A DNA stretch of 64,000 bases, taken from Lachnospiraceae bacterium (GTDB lineage: Bacteria > Bacillota > Clostridia > Lachnospirales > Lachnospiraceae). The notes beneath the pieces were generated by a model that worked only from the letters and a program-made list of their open reading frames with translations, was not told the DNA's origin and did not search any database. Positions 17,978 to 26,193 of this stretch are shown piece by piece. Each line of letters opens with the position of its first letter. Position 1 is the stretch's first letter. The translations under genes and the position numbers were made by a program. The stretch is from contig JAAUZL010000024.1 of the NCBI GenBank assembly GCA_014804615.1, forward strand, positions 49,800-113,799. Reading direction: 5' to 3'.

Positions 17978-19096
17978 CTAGTCGTCCATTCCCTTAGCAA
18001 TCAAAGCCAATATTTGTTCCAATCTTTCTATTTCCAACTCTGCATAAAGCGGTAATACCAATACTTTTTTCGCAAGTTCTCTGGCACAATCTAATCTGTC
18101 TTTTTTATATTTATTTTTAAAACATGCCTGATCAGAGGTTAGTGGATAAAAGTATTTTCTAGAATATATATCATTTTCTCTAAGAAGATCATATAGCTCA
18201 TCTCTTGACATTTGATATTTTTCTTCTACTATAATCGGGAAATAAGCATAATTATCAGAAGCTTCCGAATTTTTCTTAAACAACCGAATCCCCTCAATAT
18301 CTCTCAGTCTGTTCCTATACAATTCAAATCGTTGCTTACGCTCCTCTAATACATTTTCAATATGTTTCAAATTACACAATCCCATAATTGCCGCAAACTC
18401 ATTCATCTTTGCATTCGCACCAACATCTGTTACCAATTCCTCTCCATGAATACCAAAATTTTTTAAATTGTATAATTTCTCATATATTTTATGATCCTCG
18501 AAAGCAACGGCTCCACCCTCAATCGTGTTGTACACTTTTGTTGCATGAAAACTAAAAATGGACGCATCACCCCAGTTACCAATTCCTTTACCCGCATATT
18601 TAACACCAAATGCATGTGCAGCATCATAAATAACTTTGAGATTATATTTATCAGCAATTTCCTGTATTTTTTCTACATTACAAACATGTCCGTAAACATG
18701 TACCGGCACAATTGCTACTGTGTGTTCGGTTATCAAATCTTCTATCTTAGTTTCATCAATTGTGCCATCACATAATTTTATATCACAAAATACAGGTTTC
18801 AAATGATTTCTCACAATCGCATGCGTTGTAGAAATGAAAGTAAACGGCGTCGTAATTACCTCTCCACCCTCTGGAAAATCAAATGCCTGAATTGCCAGCT
18901 CTAAAGCCATATGTCCATTCACCATTAATGAAAGTTCTGGAACATCCAAATATCCTTTCAACTGTTCTTCAAGCTCCCGATGGTATTTACCCATATTTGT
19001 AAGCCAGTGAGAACTCCATAATGGTTTAATTGCTTCTATATACTCCTCATATGCTGGCATGGATGATCGCGTCACCAAAATTTTTTCTTCTTGCAT
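17978..19096 (-). CDS. DegT/DnrJ/EryC1/StrS-family PLP-dependent sugar aminotransferase
   Basis: ILVTRSSMP...NGHMALELAIQA...SFHATKV (PLP lysine)...LPLY. Start set at M21 with an AAAGGGAAAG RBS. Confidence 0.8.
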   Translation of the reverse strand: MQEEKILVTRSSMPAYEEYIEAIKPLWSSHWLTNMGKYHRELEEQLKGYLDVPELSLMVNGHMALELAIQAFDFPEGGEVITTPFTFISTTHAIVRNHLKPVFCDIKLCDGTIDETKIEDLITEHTVAIVPVHVYGHVCNVEKIQEIADKYNLKVIYDAAHAFGVKYAGKGIGNWGDASIFSFHATKVYNTIEGGAVAFEDHKIYEKLYNLKNFGIHGEELVTDVGANAKMNEFAAIMGLCNLKHIENVLEERKQRFELYRNRLRDIEGIRLFKKNSEASDNYAYFPIIVEEKYQMSRDELYDLLRENDIYSRKYFYPLTSDQACFKNKYKKDRLDCARELAKKVLVLPLYAELEIERLEQILALIAKGMDD

Positions 19097-19128
19097 AATC
19101 TTTCCCTTTAGACTTTTAATCTCATGCA

Positions 19129-19706
19129 CTACTGATATTTCCGAATTAACTGGCATAAAATATCTGCCTTTTTCGTTGCCAACTCCAAATCACGATAATT
19201 CGTCTTTATTTGCATAATCTGCCTCTGCACCTTTTCTGCCACAGGACACAAGCCTTCTTCATATCTTATATTTTCATAAACAGACGGCAAGCGCTTTGCA
19301 AACACCCTCTCAGAAATAACCGGTTCCAAATAGGGTACGCTCCACGCCCCATAGTAACCATCTCCACCCATCTCCACATATTCTTTTCTGAAGTCCTGCC
19401 ATGATACTCCCAGTTTTTCTTCTCCAAGATACCTAACGCCCAGAGAATAATAAGAATTGACATATCCTTCCGGCGTCTCCTGTGGAACCAGAAAGTCACA
19501 ATCAATATCCGATTCGAATATTTCTATCGTACTCTCCGGATATTCTTCTTGAAGATTTTGCTTCACCTTCTCAAGAGCAGGTATTGAAATATCCAAAAGT
19601 ACAGGTATTCCTCCCCTTCCAATACAGCCTCTGCATGTTTTTTCCCAATCAAGCCCGCTCCGCCAGTTATAACGCTAATTTCCTCTTCAACTAGAAATTT
19701 ATTCAT
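19129..19706 (-). pseudogene. chimeric relic: SDR N-terminus (about 55 codons) joined to a DegT-like aminotransferase C-terminal domain; frameshifted at a 4-nt G/C run
   Basis: My own translation from ATG 19706 gives MNKFLVEEEISVITGGAGLIGKKHAEAVLEG, then the frame is lost at 19613..19616 (CCCC on plus). Adding one G restores ...LEGGGIPVLLDISIPALEKV..., which continues into the track ORF 19129..19596. The rest of that ORF (VPQETPEGYVNSYY...GLCPVAEKVQRQIMQIKTNYRDLE) looks like a DegT C-terminal domain. Confidence 0.5.
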
Positions 19707-19713
19707 ATATTCC

Positions 19714-20421
19714 TTAAAATAATTTTATCGGAGGAATCTTATTTTGAGACAGTTTTTTTTGCCGCCTTTTCATTAATTCTTCCATTATGATCCAATCGGA
19801 TGGCTCGTCTATCTCATAGTAAGTATCTTCGGACATTTCAACGGTCTTTATATTTCCTGCAAGCCGACAATTCGTCGCAAGAAACAGCGGCTTGCTTATA
19901 ATATAAAACGCGCCGTTTTCAACAAGATATCCGTCAAATTCCTGTCGCCTTGGTCTGTGGTTAAAATCATAATTAACAGGATGTGAATAACCATCCCGTT
20001 CTTTCCAGCAAAACCGCTTTTGCCGTACAGATGAAAGCACACTGTCAACTCCCGGTTGCTCAAAAAGTTCAATTCCTTTCTCAAGATCCTCCCTCATGAG
20101 CAAAGGGGATGTCGCCTGAATAAGAATTAAATTATCAAATTGATAGTTATATGCAAATTCAGCCATTACCGACTCTGTTGATGCAGTATCGGTGGCGTTC
20201 TTACCACTTCTGCCTATTACTTCAACTTTCTCAAATCCAAATCCTTTAACAGTTTCCCTGATAACTTTACTATCGGTAGATACATATACCTTATCGATTT
20301 TTTTACACTCATTAGCTGCCTTTACAGTCCAGTATACTAATGGTTTGCCGCAAAATTCTTTTACATTTTTTAAAGGAATCGATTTGCTTCCTCCCCTGAC
20401 AGGAATTAATGCAGCGTACAT
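19714..20421 (-). CDS. acylneuraminate cytidylyltransferase family (CMP-nonulosonate synthetase)
   Basis: MYAALIPVRGGSKSIPLKNVKEFCGKPLVYWT is the NeuA/CMP-NeuAc synthetase N-terminal signature. Confidence 0.75.
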   Translation of the reverse strand: MYAALIPVRGGSKSIPLKNVKEFCGKPLVYWTVKAANECKKIDKVYVSTDSKVIRETVKGFGFEKVEVIGRSGKNATDTASTESVMAEFAYNYQFDNLILIQATSPLLMREDLEKGIELFEQPGVDSVLSSVRQKRFCWKERDGYSHPVNYDFNHRPRRQEFDGYLVENGAFYIISKPLFLATNCRLAGNIKTVEMSEDTYYEIDEPSDWIIMEELMKRRQKKLSQNKIPPIKLF

Positions 20422-20447
20422 TCAATATCCTCCATTTCTACGATTCA

Positions 20448-21103
20448 TTAATGCTCACGATATTTCAGCTTGTCCCTCTGTATCTGTTCTATGTCTAATA
20501 TTTCCTGATCCTTATATGTCAAAGCAGCATATGATGCAAGTAAATCTCTTTTAAGCTTTTTAATTCCCTCCGGCTCTAACGAGGCAGCGTGGTCGGTGCC
20601 TTTCTATGATACTTGCTCCAAGTGTATAAGCCGCAATATCAATTGCAATGCCAAGATGATGCCCTGAAAACCTCACTTCCTTTACCGTGCTGCCATATAT
20701 TCCAATAAGCCGTTTTATTTCCATAAGACAGACATTTTCAAACGGAACCGGATAACCGAATGTACAACTATATATTACAAGATCCCTGTTTCTCCCAGTG
20801 TCCTCAAAAAATCTTATTAAATTTTCCTCTTCGCCACGGGATGTCATTCCCAATGGCACTTGTATCTCACTGTTAAAATTGTCACATAAGTATGCCAGCA
20901 TCTTATAATGATTATTACATGCAGAGGGTATTTTGATAAACTTCGGCTGCAATGATGTGATTTCCTTTGCAGAAGCCAAATCCCAAACGGATGTGCTGTA
21001 TTCTATGCCACATTCCTCACTGTACTCTTTTAATTCTTTATGCTGATCCAATGAGAACTCCAGATATTCCCGGTGTTCTCCATAAGTTTTTCCTTAGATA
21101 TAA
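20448..21103 (-). pseudogene. decayed NeuB-like (nonulosonate synthase) paralog: 5'-truncated and internally frameshifted
   Basis: Track ORF 20560..21051 (..GIEYSTSVWD..IKIPSA..LGMTS..IIERH) aligns to the intact paralog 21673..22554 from about residue 70. After IIERH the frame breaks near 20597..20602. Homology continues in another frame (GTDHAASLEPEGIKKLKRDL...) to a TAA at 20448..20450. Confidence 0.6.
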
Positions 21104-21673
21104 GAGCATCATCCGCGTTAGGTGTCTCACATATAAATATCCCTTCTGGATTTAAAATATTGTAAATCCCTTTTATAATTTCATCAGGATTATTTAGATG
21201 TTCTATTACCATGAACATACAAATTACGTCATACGTCCCTGTGATTTCCTCTAAAGATTAATATACACTAATCCCTTCCTGAGTAAGATTCTCTCTGGCC
21301 GCATCCATTAATTCAATTCCCGTTACTCTCGCTGCAACATTTTTGATTCTCCTTAAAAAACCTCCATTTCCACAGCCAAATTCCAAAACACTTTTTCCCT
21401 CACATGTATCCATTAGTTCATCATATCGTCTGTCATCATCCTGATTTGTTTCCCGAATCCAAGTCTCCCATGTCATATCTGCAACTTCATCCACTGTTGC
21501 CGCATAAGCGTCCTTCAGCATACCCCCCTATAATTTTGCATCGTATTATACTCACTAGAATCCAACTGGACCATGCCACATTCTCTGCATTTCATAACAT
21601 TAATTTGTGGAATATCTCTTGTTCCTTTATGAATACACACAAAATTATTCCCTTCGCATATTAAACACTTCAC
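21104..21673 (-). pseudogene. decayed Zn-ribbon SAM-dependent methyltransferase: frameshift, in-frame stop and 3' truncation
   Basis: GTG at 21673 opens VKCLICEGNNF...MKCRECGMVQLD, a CxxC..CxxC ribbon. The frame is lost at a C6 run (21533..21538). The MTase core LEFGCGNGGFL follows in track ORF 21258..21521. TAA at 21258..21260 is in frame with ORF 21030..21218 (MFMVIEHL..PEGIFICETPN). Homology ends near 21104, where the neuB-like relic begins. Confidence 0.55.
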
Positions 21674-22554
21674 TAATTTCCCCTCAACTTTCTCCGAACT
21701 GCTTTCTCATTTTCTGTAATCACTTTTTCTCCATTTCCAAGCATCAACAATACTTCCCTCATTCTTCCCTGAAGCATTGCCATCGCTGCTACGGAAAGAC
21801 TGGCTGCCTGATCGGTTCCCCACATATTATGATTCAGCGTAACATGCCGTTCAATTACTTTCGCTCCCAGTGAGGTAGCCACTACCGTTGGCTCCAACTC
21901 CCGCTCATGACCGCTATATCCTACTAGGCAGTGATATCTCTCCCGTAATGTTTTAATCATTCGCAGATTCAATTCCGCTGCCGGAGCAGGATATGTCGAA
22001 TTGGTATGAAGTAATATGTAATTGCCATCCGAATACTTTTCCAAATACTCGACCATTTCATCCAGTTCTTCCAAAGTACTCATTCCCGTTGAAACTACTA
22101 ATGGCTTCCCACTCTCACAGGCCAGTCTCATCATATCTCTATCCGAATTTCCCGCTGACGCAATCTTAATAAAAGGCAAATCATAGTCGAGCAGAAATTC
22201 TAAGCTTGGAATATCCCATGGCGAAGCTGTCCATGCTATAGGCTTGTCCTTACAGTATTTATCTATGTAATCATATTCACTTTTCCCAAACTCTATTTTT
22301 TTCTTGTATTCAAGATATGTGATCTGTCCCCAAGGTGTATCTCTCATCACATTTTTCTGTTCTTCAGGAACAGCTATATCCGGCTCTCGCTTCTGAAATT
22401 TAACACAATTCCATAAACAGGCGTTTGCCGCATCTATCAACTTTTTAGCAATCTGTAAATCACCATTATGGTTGATTCCTATTTCCGCAATAATATATGG
22501 AAACGAATCTTCATTAATTATGTAATTTCCAAGTCTTATTTCCTGTTTTGCCAT
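21673..22554 (-). CDS. NeuB-family nonulosonate(-phosphate) synthase, short form without a C-terminal SAF domain
   Basis: PYIIAEIGINHNGDLQIAKKLIDAA...VKFQKR...IKIASAG...STGMST...VIERHVTL is the NeuB TIM-barrel signature. At 293 aa there is no room for a SAF/antifreeze-like domain. Confidence 0.75.
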   Translation of the reverse strand: MAKQEIRLGNYIINEDSFPYIIAEIGINHNGDLQIAKKLIDAANACLWNCVKFQKREPDIAVPEEQKNVMRDTPWGQITYLEYKKKIEFGKSEYDYIDKYCKDKPIAWTASPWDIPSLEFLLDYDLPFIKIASAGNSDRDMMRLACESGKPLVVSTGMSTLEELDEMVEYLEKYSDGNYILLHTNSTYPAPAAELNLRMIKTLRERYHCLVGYSGHERELEPTVVATSLGAKVIERHVTLNHNMWGTDQAASLSVAAMAMLQGRMREVLLMLGNGEKVITENEKAVRRKLRGN

Positions 22555-22570
22555 CTTATATCCTCACATA

Positions 22571-23053
22571 CTATATAATGCTCAACCCTTTGCTCTTATT
22601 AATCACCCCTGCTATCTCGCGAATTACACCATAACCGCCTTTTGCTTTTGTCACATAGTCAGCAATATTTTTTACCTCTTCATATGCATCACAAGGTACA
22701 ATCTTTATCCCTGCGAGTCGCATCGCTTCAAAATCATTAATATCATTTCCTATATAAGCAACATTTTGTAATGGAATATTCCTTTCCTTACAATACCCTT
22801 TTAAACACTCTGCCTTATTCGAAACATTTTGGATACACTCTATTTTTAGTTTTTCAGCCCTTTTTCCCACTACTCCATTTATTTCTGTAGATATAATAAC
22901 TAATTCAATATCCATAGAACGCAACATATGTATTGCTTGTCCGTCAGCCCTGCTCACACATACAGTCTCTTTCCCCGTTTCATCAACAAACACTCGATTA
23001 TCAGTCATAACACCGTCAAAATCACTTATAATCAGCTTTATACTGTTCCACAT
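22571..23053 (-). CDS. KdsC-type (C0) HAD phosphatase
   Basis: LIISDFDGVMTDNRV...GQAIHML...IGNDINDFEAM...YVTKAKGGYGVIREI matches the KdsC/KDN-9-P phosphatase family layout. Confidence 0.75.
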   Translation of the reverse strand: MWNSIKLIISDFDGVMTDNRVFVDETGKETVCVSRADGQAIHMLRSMDIELVIISTEINGVVGKRAEKLKIECIQNVSNKAECLKGYCKERNIPLQNVAYIGNDINDFEAMRLAGIKIVPCDAYEEVKNIADYVTKAKGGYGVIREIAGVINKSKGLSII

Positions 23054-23103
23054 AAGACACATTGTAAAATCCTCTCCGACTGCCTGTAATGACTAATTTC
23101 TTG

Positions 23104-24480
23104 TCATATTTCTACATTCTGCAGCATAATTAGCATCCCCGCTTTTTGACACAATTGCACCACGCTGCTTCCATCCCCATAATAAGCATCAGAAAGCGCC
23201 ACCGCCCGATCCAGATCCGCCGAATCATCATAAATCCCCCAGCCTTCCTCAATGTATCTATCTCTTATCTCCTTATACCTTTCCCACAGCTGCGGTCTCA
23301 TCGACTCAATCGTCGCCTGAATCAGTGGATGCGGCCTCCACAAAAGCGCCACCTCATCCTGATACTCCTTAAAAATCTCAAACACAGACTCCATCTTCCG
23401 AAGCATATTCTCACTGTGCCGCAAAAGTGCGCTCACGCTGGTATTATAAAAAACAATCTTCTTCCAGCTCCTGTCCGACTTTTCAATGATCTTCAACCAC
23501 TCTTCCGGAATCTCTAAATCTTCTTTCTTTGTATTCGAGACCTTGTCAAGTTTCGGGGAACCGATTCCCAGAAATTTCTTCTCCAAAAACTCCCTGTCCA
23601 CATGCTCCCCGGATAATCCCATCTCCTTAGCCGCTTTCCTATATTCATTGATATAAATCCGCCGCATCTTTTCCGACTGGACAATCACCTTGTGGGCATA
23701 GATCGTTCCGGGCGTAAAGCAGAAATGTTTCATGCCGTCAATGGATTTCTGATTGTCAGGCTCGATCTCTTTCAAGACAAAATATGGTATATATACTAGC
23801 TTATCCGTAAAATGAATCAAATTTTTGGAATAAAAATAGGGATGTACACTGGTCACATGGTTACATTCATCATAGGGATTATGAATATAGATTACATCCG
23901 GTCTGCACGCCTCCAGATCAAACTCATCATAGCGGGTAATTGGCACATCTTTTGGGTACAGATCACCCTCATAATGCTCTTCCTTAAAACTGCCGTCGGG
24001 ATTCTTATCAAAATAAGGAATTGGGATCACATAGGCATCGCAGTCGGGATCGGCATCCGCCGCCTTCCATACACTCTCCAAGCTGTCCCACATGGAAGCC
24101 TTATACGGCAAAAAAACGGCTGTCGTTCTCACCCGAATATCATTTTTAACGCTGTTTTCTATACGAACCAACTCTTTGTGCAGGTTTTTATACACTTTAT
24201 TGATATTCAAAGACTGTTGCTGCCGTATCATCTCATAGGTCTGAAAAATCTGTTCGCAATACGATTCCAGCATTCCAACTGTGACAAAATCCTCTCCCAG
24301 AGATTCTTCAATCAGTCCGCCGATCTGAATCGCACTGTCCTGGCACTGTTCTAATAAAGTAAAGGCAATTTCCCGGTTTCCTGTTTCTATTGCTTTCTTA
24401 ATTGCCTCATGCGCCTTGTCGAGCATTGCAAGCATATCCTGTATTTGCTTTTGCTGTGATTTTCTCATATACTTGTCCAT
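23104..24480 (-). CDS. TagB/TagF-like CDP-glycerol glycerophosphotransferase family protein (tentative); first gene of the locus
   Basis: C-terminal LLWRPHPL...ALSDAYYGDGSSVVQL resembles the TagF RPHP...D.LITDYSS motif. No clear RBS at the annotated ATG. Confidence 0.4.
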   Translation of the reverse strand: MDKYMRKSQQKQIQDMLAMLDKAHEAIKKAIETGNREIAFTLLEQCQDSAIQIGGLIEESLGEDFVTVGMLESYCEQIFQTYEMIRQQQSLNINKVYKNLHKELVRIENSVKNDIRVRTTAVFLPYKASMWDSLESVWKAADADPDCDAYVIPIPYFDKNPDGSFKEEHYEGDLYPKDVPITRYDEFDLEACRPDVIYIHNPYDECNHVTSVHPYFYSKNLIHFTDKLVYIPYFVLKEIEPDNQKSIDGMKHFCFTPGTIYAHKVIVQSEKMRRIYINEYRKAAKEMGLSGEHVDREFLEKKFLGIGSPKLDKVSNTKKEDLEIPEEWLKIIEKSDRSWKKIVFYNTSVSALLRHSENMLRKMESVFEIFKEYQDEVALLWRPHPLIQATIESMRPQLWERYKEIRDRYIEEGWGIYDDSADLDRAVALSDAYYGDGSSVVQLCQKAGMLIMLQNVEI

Positions 24481-24796
24481 TTCACAAAAAACAAGGGTAA
24501 AAACTGACGTAACACTTAATGAGCATCAATTTTTATCCCTGATATCCATCCTCCATGATAGTTAACTCGACCTTCCGTGTCATTTTCACTTATAAATATG
24601 GTATATACTCTAATTTACCACACTGTTTTTATCGGCAGATTATATGAAAATCTTTACCGCAAGATGACAAACACTATTATCAGGAAAACCTTAAGTTATC
24701 TCTCCAAGTATAATTTTCATTTTAATGATATACCAAAGCGCAAAACAACGCAAGTCTTCCCTATAGGCGCCCTGCACAATACCATATGTTACTTCT

Positions 24797-25726
24797 CTAC
24801 TCACCTTCTGCTAAGCCAAACTCAGCGAACAGCTTCTTCTGGAGTTCCCGGTCCGACAGGGATTTTAAAAAATCGTCGCTCCGTCCTGCCTCAGTTAACA
24901 AAACGCCAAGTCTGTTTACCTTTACTTCTCCTTCTTCTCTTCCTTCTTCCCGTCCTTCACTCCGTATCGTCCTCTCATATTTCTCTGCGTCAAACTCTTC
25001 CAATAACATTCCCAGCACCTCCGCACGATTCTTCAACAAGAACTCTTTTAAGATACCCTTTTCTATGCAGGAATCCACCGCCCGTTTCAGGGCTGTCTGC
25101 ATATCCTTCTCAACGGTCATGCACTCCCTTATCACAGCCACCAGCTTCGAATACTCTTCCAGAATCCTACATTTCTCCATCAGCTGTTTATTATGCCCGT
25201 AGTTGATGTTAAGCATCCGCACAGTCAGCTCCACATCCGCCCGTACTTTCTTATTTTCAAAGGCGTCCGACAGCTTCAGCATCCTCTCTTCCGGCATCTC
25301 CTTCACACCATTATAAAAGACGATACACTGCGGCGTAGGCAGGATGATCTGTCCTGTTCCATAAAGGCTTTTCTCCGCCTTCTCTATCACCATCTGGTAC
25401 TCCTGCGCCAGATAGACCAAAAACCGTACCGGCAAATTCGGACTGTAAGTGCTCTGATGTTCATACATGCTTAACGTGCCGGACAGGATATACGCCAAGT
25501 CATTCTTCATGACCACATAAACCGCGCTCTCAATCGTCACGATCTCAAGCTGTGATGCATCCCGGTATTCCGTTCCATTCAGCGCATTATACAAATCCAG
25601 AAGCGCTTCCCTGTCTTTCTCGAACAGATAACGAAACAGCCTGTCCTTCACATTCCTCTGTATCTGTTTTCGATTATACTGCTGATCCGTTTTCCAGTTT
25701 ACGCGCTTTTTCTTTCGTCTTGGCAT
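24797..25726 (-). CDS. Rpn-family recombination-promoting nuclease / putative transposase (PD-(D/E)XK)
   Basis: KDRLFRYLFEKDREALLDLYNALNGTEY...MKNDLAYIL...YEHQSTYSPNLPVRFLVYLAQEY...LPTPQCIVFYNG matches the pattern I recall for this family. Confidence 0.6.
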   Translation of the reverse strand: MPRRKKKRVNWKTDQQYNRKQIQRNVKDRLFRYLFEKDREALLDLYNALNGTEYRDASQLEIVTIESAVYVVMKNDLAYILSGTLSMYEHQSTYSPNLPVRFLVYLAQEYQMVIEKAEKSLYGTGQIILPTPQCIVFYNGVKEMPEERMLKLSDAFENKKVRADVELTVRMLNINYGHNKQLMEKCRILEEYSKLVAVIRECMTVEKDMQTALKRAVDSCIEKGILKEFLLKNRAEVLGMLLEEFDAEKYERTIRSEGREEGREEGEVKVNRLGVLLTEAGRSDDFLKSLSDRELQKKLFAEFGLAEGE

Positions 25727-26193
25727 ATGTCATCCTCCCTTTCTGTGGCAGGACAATGATATGCCAGACAATCTATGCCCGCTCAATCCCTCCTGCCGTT
25801 TTCTGTTATGTTTCAAAGCGAAAATCCGACAGAAATTGTCTTGAACGTGCAGAACGCACACCTGTTAGAATCCCTTTGATAACTTTATTCTAACGGGCGT
25901 CAGTAAAGATGTCAATATCAATTATGATTTTTTGTTGACGTTATCCCGTTTATTTAGAAGAACAATATATAAATCCTCGTAAATTTCCTCCTCGATCTGT
26001 ACTAGAACTCGTATTCTTTCCTTATGATTTATGAAACATTGTATAGATTTTAATAAATCATTGATTTTATTGGTAAAATTTTACAATTTTTATGCAGATT
26101 ATTGATTTCTGTCCTTTTTCTCTTTAAATGCTGTACAGTAATAATATCGTTACTATTAACAATACTGTATACATTTTACTTTCGGAGAAAAAG

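Noticed and set aside
20560-21521. Three short track ORFs (163, 62 and 87 aa) as independent genes
   Set aside because: They are collinear fragments of two larger decayed genes, with shared frames, an in-frame stop, and homology continuing across frame breaks. They are annotated as pseudogenes instead.
24577-25206. 209-aa and 138-aa plus-strand ORFs rich in Ser/Pro/Leu
   Set aside because: They are antisense to the Rpn-family gene. They are low-complexity and have no RBS.
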